From contig JBFWNL010000005.1 of NCBI GenBank assembly GCA_050251055.1, positions 64,001 to 128,000 of the forward strand: DNA of 64,000 nt. The letters run 5' to 3'. Source of the stretch: Bacteriovoracia bacterium (GTDB taxonomy: Bacteria; Bdellovibrionota; UBA1018; JBFWNL01). The position numbers and the translations under genes were made by a program. The notes below the pieces were generated by a model that was given only the letters and a program-made list of their open reading frames with translations, did not search any database and was not told where the DNA came from. The stretch's first letter is position 1; each line of letters starts with the position of its first letter. Positions 18,114-27,252 of this stretch are shown one piece after another.

Positions 18114-19112
18114 CTAGGGGAACTCGAGTCCCCACCAGGTGGCGATGTTCGGGCAGAGGCCCGCGACGCTGCCGCAGAAGTTGCCGCCGCTGTGCCCGTT
18201 GCCGCCATTCGCTTTGATATACAGATTGTTGTTCGTGGAAGTCCCCCCCGCCGCCTTCGAAGGGATGGCCAGGTACGAGTACGCGCTCGCGTAGTTCTGC
18301 ATCGTACTGTGACAGCTTAAGCACCCCGCCAGTCGTCCGCGCACGTTGTTCGTAAAGTAGGTCTGACCGGCCGCCGTGGGCGTGTAGAGCGTGAAATTAA
18401 ACGGCGACGTGTTGATGGGAAAAAGCTGTCCCGAGGCCGTGTCGGCCGCATAGGCATATAGGGGGTGCTGGACGCCGTCGCGATAGGGCGCCGGGATTGT
18501 GAACTGGAACTCGTGGTTTCCCGGGATCGGGACGCCGAAGATACGGGGGAGGTTGGCGATCGCTTCTCCGGCCAGCGTGCCCACGCCGATAGGCCCGTTG
18601 ATATAGAATTTCACCGTCACGGCCTGGCTCGGGGTATCGGCGTCTGCGGCCCAGCCACTGAGCACGTTCCCCGAGATCGTCGGATCGAGCGCGCCGCTAG
18701 GCGCACCACCCGCCGAAGCGGGAGAGAATTCTAGATCCCACCATTGTTGAAAGAGCGAGCAAGGCGGGGAGTCCGCCGTGGGCGTGCACTGATTCCCGCC
18801 GCCGTGGGTGATCACGTTCCGGGTCTTCTCCACGAGCTCGTTTTGCGTGCGGGATGCTCCGTTGGCGAGCATGGCCCGCATCGGATCGTAATCGTAGATA
18901 TCGTCGGTGGCGATGCCGTTGGGGCTGTGGCAGGCGATGCAGCGGGTGCGGAGCGACGGAGCGACGGAATTCGCGAAAAAATCCGGGCCGGCCTGCGCCT
19001 GACGAAGACTATCTTGATTGTTGGCTTTCATGCAGCCGTTGGCGCCGACGAGCAAAGAGCTCACGGCGAAGAAGGTTCCCCATGACCGGATCTGCGTAAA
19101 CGTCGCCTTCAA
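18114..19112 (-). CDS. Di-heme c-type cytochrome lipoprotein with a central Ig-like domain
   Basis: CIACH and CLSCH motifs in two repeated domains; lipobox GANGC. Confidence 0.75.
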   Translation of the reverse strand: MKATFTQIRSWGTFFAVSSLLVGANGCMKANNQDSLRQAQAGPDFFANSVAPSLRTRCIACHSPNGIATDDIYDYDPMRAMLANGASRTQNELVEKTRNVITHGGGNQCTPTADSPPCSLFQQWWDLEFSPASAGGAPSGALDPTISGNVLSGWAADADTPSQAVTVKFYINGPIGVGTLAGEAIANLPRIFGVPIPGNHEFQFTIPAPYRDGVQHPLYAYAADTASGQLFPINTSPFNFTLYTPTAAGQTYFTNNVRGRLAGCLSCHSTMQNYASAYSYLAIPSKAAGGTSTNNNLYIKANGGNGHSGGNFCGSVAGLCPNIATWWGLEFP

Positions 19113-19236
19113 CTCTTCCCCCTAAAAGGCCCCAAAATTACCCTAAGACAATAGTTTACTATTTCAATCAACTTATGACAATGACTATGGGATGGGTGGG
19201 CGAGTGTTAAAAAAAACAATAAATATATATAGTTAT

Positions 19237-19659
19237 CTATTCGCCGCGGTAAATGGAGATGTTGTTCTCCGTTTCCCGTAGCCGGACCTCATGAAGCAGT
19301 CCGCGCGGGATCCGGTTCGATAAAATCTTCCAGAACACCACGACCAAGTTTTCGGCCGTGGGGTTGATTCCGCGCAGGAAATCGACGTCCTCGTTCAGAT
19401 GCTTGTGATCGACGTGACGAATGATTTCGTCGAGCATGATCTGCTTGAGCTCGACGAGGTTCATGATCATGCCCGTCTCGCGATCGACTTCGCCCGCGAT
19501 CACGACTTCAAGCTCGTAGTTATGGCCGTGGCCTTTGAGGTTGTTGCAGATGCCGTAGACGCGCACGTTCTCAGCGTCGGAAAAGGCGGGATTATGGAGT
19601 CGGTGGGCGGCGCTGAAGGTTTCGCGGCGGGTGATGTAGACTTTGGGCATTTTCGTCAC
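19237..19659 (-). CDS. 6-pyruvoyl/6-carboxy-tetrahydropterin synthase (PTPS/QueD family)
   Basis: FSAAHRL, CNNLKGHGHNY, DHKHLN, PTAEN, ETENN. Confidence 0.9.
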   Translation of the reverse strand: MTKMPKVYITRRETFSAAHRLHNPAFSDAENVRVYGICNNLKGHGHNYELEVVIAGEVDRETGMIMNLVELKQIMLDEIIRHVDHKHLNEDVDFLRGINPTAENLVVVFWKILSNRIPRGLLHEVRLRETENNISIYRGE

Positions 19660-20393
19660 TCCACGTTGCTATGGATTTCCACGACGGTGCCCGTCACCGT
19701 ACGTGCCCGGTTTTCATCGCAGAGAAATAAAATCGATTGGGCCACGTCCAGGGGCAGGGTGTGGGTTTTCAAGAATGGCGCCGCTTCCTTGAGCATGCGG
19801 GTTTCCACCGCGCCCGGCGCCACGCAGTTTACGCGGATGCCTTTTTCGCGGCCTTCCACGGCGAGCGATTCGGTCAGGCCCACCATGCCGAACTTGCTAA
19901 CCCCGTAAGCGGTGAGGCCCTTGAACTTGGTCGTGCCGCGCAGCCCGCCGAGCGAGCTCAAGTTCACGATCGCGCCCCCTTTTTTGAAGGTGCGAAATGC
20001 TTCGCGCGCGAATAGGAAGGGACCGCGCAAGTTGATCGCCATGACGTGATCCCACTGCGCGGCGGTGAATTCGGTGAACTCTCCCGTGGGCGCGATGGCC
20101 GCGTTGTTGACCAAGATGTCGGCGCCTCCCCAATGCGCTTCCGCAGTTTGAAATACTTTTTGCGCGAGCGATTCGCTACTAACATCGCCCGCGACGCAAA
20201 GGGCTCTTTCGCCACCATGGCGACGATTGATCGCGTCGGCGACCACGCGAAGTTCCGCTTCGGTTCGGCTTACGAGCAGGACCTTGGCGCCTTCATCGGC
20301 GAAGAGCTCCGCGCAGGCGGCGCCGATGCCGCGGCCCGCACCCGTGATGATGGCGTGTCTTCCCGCCAGGCTACCTGAATTCATACGAGGCAT
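19656..20393 (-). CDS. SDR family oxidoreductase
   Basis: TGAGRGIG, NNAA, YGVSK, VAPGAVET; 4-nt overlap with the PTPS gene. Confidence 0.92.
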   Translation of the reverse strand: MPRMNSGSLAGRHAIITGAGRGIGAACAELFADEGAKVLLVSRTEAELRVVADAINRRHGGERALCVAGDVSSESLAQKVFQTAEAHWGGADILVNNAAIAPTGEFTEFTAAQWDHVMAINLRGPFLFAREAFRTFKKGGAIVNLSSLGGLRGTTKFKGLTAYGVSKFGMVGLTESLAVEGREKGIRVNCVAPGAVETRMLKEAAPFLKTHTLPLDVAQSILFLCDENRARTVTGTVVEIHSNVE

Positions 20394-20482
20394 TTTATAG
20401 CCGCGGAAAGCGGGGCGTCCAAGCGGTATTTCGAGTGAGGCGCGGGTGCGAATAACGCAGTAATTTCAAAAGCCTGTCGATT

Positions 20483-20884
20483 TTATTTAGGGCAGTGAGC
20501 CCGGATGGGGAAGGTCTTTTCGTAAGGCTTTTCGCATTTGCCGGTATCTGGGTTGTAGGCTTTGAACTTAAGTGAGATTTTTCCGCCCCCATCATCCACT
20601 GCCGCAGCGACGAATTCACAGGTGCCATGATCTGTCAGCAGCGGACGGAATTTTAGGTTTTTACCGCAAGACAACTGCACGGTCACCCGACTCGGCTCGG
20701 ACATTGGCTCGCCGTAACGATCCTGACGAACCTGCAGCTCGCCGAAGCCTTTGAAGCTCAATACCTTCAGAGATGAGGGAATCTCCTGGACGGTCGGCTC
20801 TGCGCTAAAAGACGCAAGCGGGAGCGCCCAGCTGAATGACGTCATCAGGAGAGCAAGCGGGATTAATCGGGGCATGAATGGCAT
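20483..20884 (-). CDS. Small secreted Cys-containing protein
   Basis: Signal peptide, 4 Cys; overlaps the 3' end of the upstream gene. Confidence 0.55.
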   Translation of the reverse strand: MPFMPRLIPLALLMTSFSWALPLASFSAEPTVQEIPSSLKVLSFKGFGELQVRQDRYGEPMSEPSRVTVQLSCGKNLKFRPLLTDHGTCEFVAAAVDDGGGKISLKFKAYNPDTGKCEKPYEKTFPIRAHCPK

Positions 20885-22022
20885 AGAGAACCTCGTGCCA
20901 GGTTTCTAACTGGCTGGAGTTGAATTGGTAGCCGTTGACCCGGTTCGGACAGAACGGCAACGAAAGATGCAAATGATGTTGGTGCGCGTGGTCTTCACAG
21001 CCGACAGTACCGGACTGCTCAGAGCAAGCGGGGTTGGCGAAGTGCGCTTGCACGGCGTCGGTCCAACAGCTGCGGAATCCCTGCCAGAAAGCGCGGTTTT
21101 TCTTTTGGACGGCGGTGAGTTGGCGCTCGAAGCCGCGCTTCACGAGCGCCTCCGCCTCGGCCGCGATTTCGTATTTCATCTCCATCACGCCGTTCCGGGG
21201 TTTGAGAGTGATGCTCAGCGATTTCACGTCGATCGCACGGTTCAAGGAGTGGTAGCTGCGCGGAAGATGGTTTTGATCCGCGGCGAGCCCGTTATGTACG
21301 AGCTTGATCGCGGAGACCTCGTTCGCGATCTGTAGTTTCGTCAATCCTTCACTCACGCAGCGGGAAAAGTTTTCGTCGATGAAATCCGCCAGGGCTTTGG
21401 ACATTTCACGGCGTTCGGAGCAGTCGTAGCCGGAGAAATTCCCATAGAGTCCCTTCCGGTTTTCGCACTCATTCCAAAACACCATTTGTTCTTCGACTTT
21501 GCTGGGGCCGTGGGACAGCACGTTCCCCGGCTTGAACGTGATATTGAGTGGCTTCGGCACGCTGGGAAAGACGTGGTGAGTGGTAGCGGCAGGCGGCGTG
21601 CTCGTTTGTTCGCATTCCGGTGGGGGGGGGGAGTTGACGGCCTCAAGTACCGTGTTTTGGCCGGCAATGAGTTGCACCGCGGCTGTTTCTTCCGTTTCGG
21701 CGGTGTAAAGATCGAAGTATTTCTTGGAAATGGCCAGCACGCGGTCTGTGCCCACGACTTGGGCGAATACAAATCCCCCGCGTTCAGTTTGGCCGTCCGT
21801 CAGGGCGATTCGCCGCAAGTAAATGTTAGACGAAGAGGTTGGCGCGATATTTTCATCAGGGCCGGTCCATTTGAAGCGTCCATCAGGAAGCATTTCGACG
21901 GGACGCCCCGCGATCTGGGCAGAGACGAGACGATTTGGCGGTGGGTCTTCGGCCCGTATGAGCGTAGTCCCGCAAAGGATCGCGATCACGCCGAGCCGAA
22001 TCAAGGTTGTAAAATTTGGCAT
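20805..22022 (-). CDS. Secreted extensin-like-C/M15-fold Zn peptidase-like protein
   Basis: SYHSLNRAIDV and HAHQHHLHLS fit the SxHxxxxAxD...HxH pattern; signal peptide. Confidence 0.6.
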   Translation of the reverse strand: MPNFTTLIRLGVIAILCGTTLIRAEDPPPNRLVSAQIAGRPVEMLPDGRFKWTGPDENIAPTSSSNIYLRRIALTDGQTERGGFVFAQVVGTDRVLAISKKYFDLYTAETEETAAVQLIAGQNTVLEAVNSPPPPECEQTSTPPAATTHHVFPSVPKPLNITFKPGNVLSHGPSKVEEQMVFWNECENRKGLYGNFSGYDCSERREMSKALADFIDENFSRCVSEGLTKLQIANEVSAIKLVHNGLAADQNHLPRSYHSLNRAIDVKSLSITLKPRNGVMEMKYEIAAEAEALVKRGFERQLTAVQKKNRAFWQGFRSCWTDAVQAHFANPACSEQSGTVGCEDHAHQHHLHLSLPFCPNRVNGYQFNSSQLETWHEVLYAIHAPINPACSPDDVIQLGAPACVF

Positions 22023-22044
22023 CCGCCTCCCCAGCTTAAATATT

Positions 22045-22476
22045 TTACGGGGTTGGCGTCGGCTTGTCGAGCGGTGGCCGCTGTGACACAGCTCCGGCGA
22101 AGCCGGCTATAAAGAAGGGCAGGATCTGGGAAAAGTCCTTCTGGACGACGCTGATACAGAGCCCGATCAAGGTCACAAACTCGAACATCGCCAAGGGAAT
22201 GACTAACGCATCCGGCTGATGGCGGCCCGCCCGCTTAAAAACGCGACCCAGTCGAACCGCCGCGAGAAAGGTAGAGCCCCCGAGCACGTAACAGACGACG
22301 GTCAGCATGTCGTTAAAGTCGGGCCAGCTCAACCAAGCTTGTTCGGGCCGGTAGGCGAGCAGGAAAGAAATGCCCACGAAGACGAGTTGCGAACCCACGA
22401 GGGCCATCCATAGAAGGCGCGGGGACACGGGCAACGGTTGGTCGAGAGACCGTTTTTGGCTTGAGCTACGTGGCAT
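22045..22476 (-). CDS. Hypothetical 4-TM membrane protein
   Basis: Hydrophobic segments; coupled to the MFS gene. Confidence 0.6.
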   Translation of the reverse strand: MPRSSSQKRSLDQPLPVSPRLLWMALVGSQLVFVGISFLLAYRPEQAWLSWPDFNDMLTVVCYVLGGSTFLAAVRLGRVFKRAGRHQPDALVIPLAMFEFVTLIGLCISVVQKDFSQILPFFIAGFAGAVSQRPPLDKPTPTP

Positions 22477-23659
22477 GGGGAACCGCCTTTCGCAGGGATA
22501 GCGTGCTGATGGTCGCGCCGATGGCGGCGCAGAGCGCGGGCATCAGCGCCCAGGCTTCCAGCCACTGGTGATGAATCAGGTAACCACTGAATAGCGGCGC
22601 GATGACGAGTGAGATGGAGTTAAGCGATTGCGTCAGTCCCAGCACGGTGCCCTGCTCGGTCGGGCCGACGGCACGGGACACGAGACTCGTGATGGCCGGC
22701 CGGAGCACGCCGTGCCCAAGCGAGGAAAGGGTGGTGGCGACGATCAGGCCCGGGAGTTCCCGGCTTTGGGAAAGCAGAAAGTATCCGGCCGTGGCCGTTG
22801 TGAATCCAACGAGGGCGAGCTTGCGCTCGCCTAACCACTTCACCAGTCGCCCCAACAGTCCACCTTGGACGATTAGACCCAAGAATCCTGCATAGGCGAA
22901 TAAGTAACCGACTTGCTTAGGGCCCCAGGGCGTACCGTGATGAAGAAAGCGTCGCTCCGCAAAGAGGGCAAATCCGGAAATAAAGAGCGCAAAAGAAAGC
23001 GTGAAGCAAAAGAAAAGCAGGAGGTAGGAGGCGATTTGCGGATCACGGAAGTACTTGGTGTAGATGCGCCAGTCCAGCGTGCGCCGCGCGCCCTCCTTGG
23101 CGGGAGTTGGGGATGTTGCTAGCGCCTTTCCCGGTAATAGAAAGTAGGTGGCGACGATGCTGAGCGCCGAAAGCGTGGCGGCGGCGATGAATGGCATGTG
23201 AATGCCGAATCCGGAGAGCGCCGCCGATATGGCAGGCCCTACCAGAAATCCCAAGCCGAAGGCGATGCCGATCACACCAAATGCCTTGGCCCGATTCTCG
23301 GGCGCGGTTACGTCCGAGATATAGGCCTGGGCAATGGAGAGGTTTCCGGCGGTGATCCCATCCATCAGTCGGCCGCAGAAGACCCAAGCGAGCGACTGCG
23401 CGGTGGCTTGAATGAGGAAGCCGGCGAAGGTGCCTACCTGGCTGATCAGCAGCATTGGCTTTCGACCGAAGCGATCGGAAAGCTGGCCTAAGATCGGGCC
23501 CGAGATCAACTGGCAGAGCGCGAACGAGGCGCCCAGGTAGCCCACGACCGCAGGGCTAGCGCCGAAGTGCTCAGCGTAAAATGGCATCAGGGGGATGACG
23601 ATGGTCAGCGCCAATACGTCCACGGCGACGATCAGGAAAATCGGCAGTAGGGGACCCAT
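22466..23659 (-). CDS. MFS drug:H+ antiporter (TetA/DHA1-like)
   Basis: GQLSDRFGRKP motif A, AYISDVT, GFLVGPAI motif C, about 12 TM. Confidence 0.92.
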   Translation of the reverse strand: MGPLLPIFLIVAVDVLALTIVIPLMPFYAEHFGASPAVVGYLGASFALCQLISGPILGQLSDRFGRKPMLLISQVGTFAGFLIQATAQSLAWVFCGRLMDGITAGNLSIAQAYISDVTAPENRAKAFGVIGIAFGLGFLVGPAISAALSGFGIHMPFIAAATLSALSIVATYFLLPGKALATSPTPAKEGARRTLDWRIYTKYFRDPQIASYLLLFFCFTLSFALFISGFALFAERRFLHHGTPWGPKQVGYLFAYAGFLGLIVQGGLLGRLVKWLGERKLALVGFTTATAGYFLLSQSRELPGLIVATTLSSLGHGVLRPAITSLVSRAVGPTEQGTVLGLTQSLNSISLVIAPLFSGYLIHHQWLEAWALMPALCAAIGATISTLSLRKAVPHAT

Positions 23660-23707
23660 CCGCGGATTCTAATGCAAATGGCTAGGAAAATCAGTTATTT
23701 TAGAGGC

Positions 23708-25645
23708 ATGCGCACGTTGTTGCTCATCCCCCCCATGGTGCAGGTGAATACGCCTTATCCGGCCACCGCCTACTTAACGGGTTTTTTGAAGTCGCGCGGT
23801 CACGATGTGGTGCAGGCGGACCCTTCGGTTGAATTGATCTGCCGCCTCTTTTCGGCGAACGGGTTGCAGCGCGTTCGGGAGGCGCTCCCTTCGCGCGCGG
23901 CCAAGGGTTGGAAGCATTTTGATCGCGAATTCGCGCGTTATGAGGCGACGGTCGAGCCCGTCTTGGACTTCCTGCGCGGACGTAATCCATCGCTCGCCAA
24001 CCGAATTGTCACCCGCAACTTCCTGCCCGAAGGACCGCGGTTTCACGCGCTTTCTCCGACCGGTACGGAAGGCGAAGATAGCGAGACGCTAGGGTGGGCG
24101 TTCGGCGCCCTGGGGGTAACCGATCAGGCGAAGCATTTAGCCAGTCTTTACCTAGACGATCTAGCGGACGTAATCCGGCTCGGCATTGATCCTTATTTCG
24201 AGTTTTCCCGTTACGGGGAAAAGCTCGCCGCCTCCCAGGCTTCCTTCGATCCCCTGCGCGAGGCCTTGTTGGCGCCCGCGACCCTGGTGTCACTAGTCTT
24301 AGAGGAAATCACCGTGGAGCTTTTGCGTGAGCATCGCCCCAGCTTGGTGGGGCTCACGGTGCCGTTTCCTGGAAACGTCTACGGAGCGTTCCGTATGGCC
24401 GCGGCGATTCGTCGGGAGGCACCCACGGTAAAAATCGCCTTGGGTGGAGGTTACGTGAACACGGAGCTGCGTGAACTCTCCGATCCGCGGGTCTTCGATT
24501 GGGTGGACTTCATCACCTACGATGACGGGGAGCGGCCGCTCGAGTGTCTGATTGAGCATCTCGCAGGGAAACGTCCTCGCGAAGAGTTACTGCGTACGGC
24601 TTTCCGCGAGCTACCGCCCGACGGCAAGCGGGCCGCAGAATCCGACGGGGGAGTCATCCGCCTCGTTTCTTCGCCCCGGGAGCACGATGTGCCGCTCAAG
24701 CAAGCGGGGTTTCCAACCTATGCGGGGTTGCCGCTCGACCGTTACATACCGGTTTTTGAGATGCTCAACCCGATGAATCGCCTGTGGACGGACTTTCGTT
24801 GGAATAAGCTCACGCTCGCGCACGGATGTTACTGGAAAAAGTGCACGTTTTGCGACACTTCGCTCGATTACATCGGTCGCTATGATCCTCTGCAGGCGGA
24901 CGCGATTATCGATCGCATGGAGGCCTTGATCCGGGAAACCGGGCAAAGCGGTTTTCACTTCGTCGACGAGGCGGCTCCCCCCGCGATTCTGCGAGGGCTT
25001 TCCGAGCGTCTGCTCGCGCGCAAGGTGGTCGCGAGTTGGTGGGGCAATATCCGATTCGAGAAAACCTTCACGCCCGAGCTCGCCCGTCTGATGGCCGAGG
25101 CTGGTTGCATCGCCGTGACCGGTGGCTTAGAGGTCGCCTCGGATCGCGTGCTGAAGCTCATTAATAAAGGGGTGAGCATCGAGCAGGTCGTGCGGGTAAC
25201 CCGCGCATTTCGGGATGCCGGTATCTTCGTGCATGCATACTTGATGTATGGCTTCCCTACGCAGACGGTGCAAGAAACCGTCGATAGCCTCGAGGTCGTA
25301 CGCCAGCTTTTTTCTGAGGGTTGCTTACACTCTGGCTTCTGGCATCGCTTTTCGGCGACCGTGCACAGCCCCGTAGGCCGCGACCCCAAGGCGTTTGGGA
25401 TTCGTTTGCGCGAGGGCAAAACCCCGAAGCCAGGGCGTTTCGCGCGGAACGATTTACCCTTCGAGGATCCCACACTAGGTGCCGGTAAGTCCAAGCTGGA
25501 TCATGCCCAACTGGGCGAGGGCTTGCGCCGGGCTATTTATAATTACATGCATGGGGTAGGATTGGATCAGGACGTGCACCGGTGGTTTGACGTGAAGGTG
25601 CCGGCCACGAAAGTTTCTAAAACCCTGGTACAGAGGTGCCGGTGA
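23708..25645 (+). CDS. B12-binding-domain radical SAM protein
   Basis: CYWKKCTFC; N-terminal PYPATAYL..FL B12-binding-like region; FVDEA, GGLE, YLMYGFP. Confidence 0.88.
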   Translation: MRTLLLIPPMVQVNTPYPATAYLTGFLKSRGHDVVQADPSVELICRLFSANGLQRVREALPSRAAKGWKHFDREFARYEATVEPVLDFLRGRNPSLANRIVTRNFLPEGPRFHALSPTGTEGEDSETLGWAFGALGVTDQAKHLASLYLDDLADVIRLGIDPYFEFSRYGEKLAASQASFDPLREALLAPATLVSLVLEEITVELLREHRPSLVGLTVPFPGNVYGAFRMAAAIRREAPTVKIALGGGYVNTELRELSDPRVFDWVDFITYDDGERPLECLIEHLAGKRPREELLRTAFRELPPDGKRAAESDGGVIRLVSSPREHDVPLKQAGFPTYAGLPLDRYIPVFEMLNPMNRLWTDFRWNKLTLAHGCYWKKCTFCDTSLDYIGRYDPLQADAIIDRMEALIRETGQSGFHFVDEAAPPAILRGLSERLLARKVVASWWGNIRFEKTFTPELARLMAEAGCIAVTGGLEVASDRVLKLINKGVSIEQVVRVTRAFRDAGIFVHAYLMYGFPTQTVQETVDSLEVVRQLFSEGCLHSGFWHRFSATVHSPVGRDPKAFGIRLREGKTPKPGRFARNDLPFEDPTLGAGKSKLDHAQLGEGLRRAIYNYMHGVGLDQDVHRWFDVKVPATKVSKTLVQRCR

Positions 25646-25881
25646 GCGAAGATAAAAAGTTGATCGACCGTCTCTGGGTGCTGATCGTGGCCGTGGCCAC
25701 GGTGGGGCCGTTCGCCCTTCCGCTTTTGTGGCGCAATCCGCATTACAAGCTATCGACGAAGATCGGCGCTTCCGTATTGGTGGTCGCGTTGACCGTCTAC
25801 TTGCTTTATTTCTCGGCCGGGCTCATGCAACAGCTAGCCGAGCAGCTTCAGGCCCTGCAGCAGATGCAGAACCAGAATTAA
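25636..25881 (+). CDS. Small 2-TM membrane protein
   Basis: GPFALPLLWRNP motif, two TM segments, coupled to the radical SAM gene; exact start uncertain. Confidence 0.65.
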   Translation: MPVSEDKKLIDRLWVLIVAVATVGPFALPLLWRNPHYKLSTKIGASVLVVALTVYLLYFSAGLMQQLAEQLQALQQMQNQN

Positions 25882-26585
25882 AACCCGTAAGTATAGAAGT
25901 AGTAGGTATAGCGCTGGTACGTGAACGAGTAATACGGCGAGTGATTCAGGTAGGAGCCGCCTGAATAATACGACGGGTAGTAGTAGTAGTTCGGGTCGTA
26001 GTATTGGCCGTAGTTGCGCGGGTTAAAGAAATAGCCGGGATTTCCGTAGTAGCTGGGCGGTTGGCCCCACGAGTAAGGGTACTCTACTCCGTAGCGGACG
26101 TTGAAGCGGCCGCACCAGCCGTCTTGGCCATGGCCATAACCGCGTCCATAACCATAACCAGGTCCGTAACCATATCCAGGCCCGTAGCCGTATCCATACC
26201 CACGCCCATACCCGCGTCCGTAAGCGGGCATTTCTGGGCGAAAGAAGTACCAGGACCCATCCACCGGTCCGCCTTGATAGTGACCCTGCGGGGTGACGAC
26301 TTGGTTGGGAGCGACGTTGGTGTACTCGCGCGATTCGCCGGCGAAGGTCGCTTCGTTTTGCGGGCTCATTGCGATGTAGGTCGCGGATTGGTGATATTGA
26401 GTTTCACCGGTTTCGTTGTCCATGCGAACGACGATCACGCCCTGGTTATAGCCGCCACCGTAACCGGGTTGGCCGGGTTGCGCGGGGATGACCAACGGAG
26501 TGGCGGGGCGAGAGTCCGTCCCGCAGGCCGAGAGCAGTAAAGAAGTTCCGAGTACTAAAGCATGGGCGAAATTCATTTTTTTCAT
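25878..26585 (-). CDS. Lipoprotein with a Tyr/Gly-rich C-terminal half
   Basis: Lipobox LLLSAC; GYG repeats; pro-region resembles that of 30764..31246. Confidence 0.8.
   Translation of the reverse strand: MKKMNFAHALVLGTSLLLSACGTDSRPATPLVIPAQPGQPGYGGGYNQGVIVVRMDNETGETQYHQSATYIAMSPQNEATFAGESREYTNVAPNQVVTPQGHYQGGPVDGSWYFFRPEMPAYGRGYGRGYGYGYGPGYGYGPGYGYGRGYGHGQDGWCGRFNVRYGVEYPYSWGQPPSYYGNPGYFFNPRNYGQYYDPNYYYYPSYYSGGSYLNHSPYYSFTYQRYTYYFYTYGF
26130..26225 (-). repeat. Coding GYG(R/P/Y) tandem repeats
   Basis: YGRGYGRGYGYGYGPGYGYGPGYGYGRGYGHG; boundaries approximate. Confidence 0.8.
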
Positions 26586-26707
26586 ACGGCCCTGCTTTTA
26601 TAACGCTAGGCATTAGATGACAAGAGAAAAACCGTCAACAATTTGCCGTGAATTCATTTAATTTCAATGAGTTATAAAATACTTTAAGTGGAGTCTTTAG
26701 CCCGGCC

Positions 26708-27181
26708 CTAGCCCCAACGGTGGTAGGCGGGGTGGCCTGGCTTTACGGCGACGAAGGTGCCCCGACAAGTCGCGCAGATTTTTCCGCCGGCCGTGAGGGT
26801 GGCGGTGATAACGGCGCGATCGTCGGTGGAACTTTCGACTTTGGCTTCGAGGTGAATCTTCGTATTCGCGGGCGTGGGTCGCAGTAGTTTTACGGCGTAG
26901 TCCGCGGTGACGGTGCACTGGGGTTGGGAAGCGCCCGCGCGGTTCATCAGATGCCATGCCGCCGTCCAGTTGGAATGGCAATCGAGCAGCGCTCCGATGA
27001 TTCCACCGTTGAGCACGCCCGGAAATGCTTCGTGATGAGATTCGGGCTGCCAATCGGCGACGACGAGCTCGCCTTCGGGGAAGCTGCGGATGCGAAGCCC
27101 CTTTTGGTTAGCAGGCCCGCAGCCAAAACAAGCGCTCGTGGGAGCGTACTTTTCCTGCAAGGATGGATCGTTTGGCGTCAT
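26708..27181 (-). CDS. PaaI/hotdog-fold thioesterase
   Basis: CFGCGPAN..GL, GVLNGGII..LLD. Confidence 0.88.
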   Translation of the reverse strand: MTPNDPSLQEKYAPTSACFGCGPANQKGLRIRSFPEGELVVADWQPESHHEAFPGVLNGGIIGALLDCHSNWTAAWHLMNRAGASQPQCTVTADYAVKLLRPTPANTKIHLEAKVESSTDDRAVITATLTAGGKICATCRGTFVAVKPGHPAYHRWG

Positions 27182-27252
27182 GGTTGCCGGTATAGCCTGC
27201 CTGCCCGCGAATGCCCATTGTTTTAAAGGGGGGTGGCGGGTAAACCGGGGAG

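Noticed and set aside
23708-26585. B12 radical SAM enzyme as the maturase of the Tyr-rich lipoprotein
   Set aside because: The genes are convergent, the enzyme is cytoplasmic while the protein is exported, and nothing else links them.
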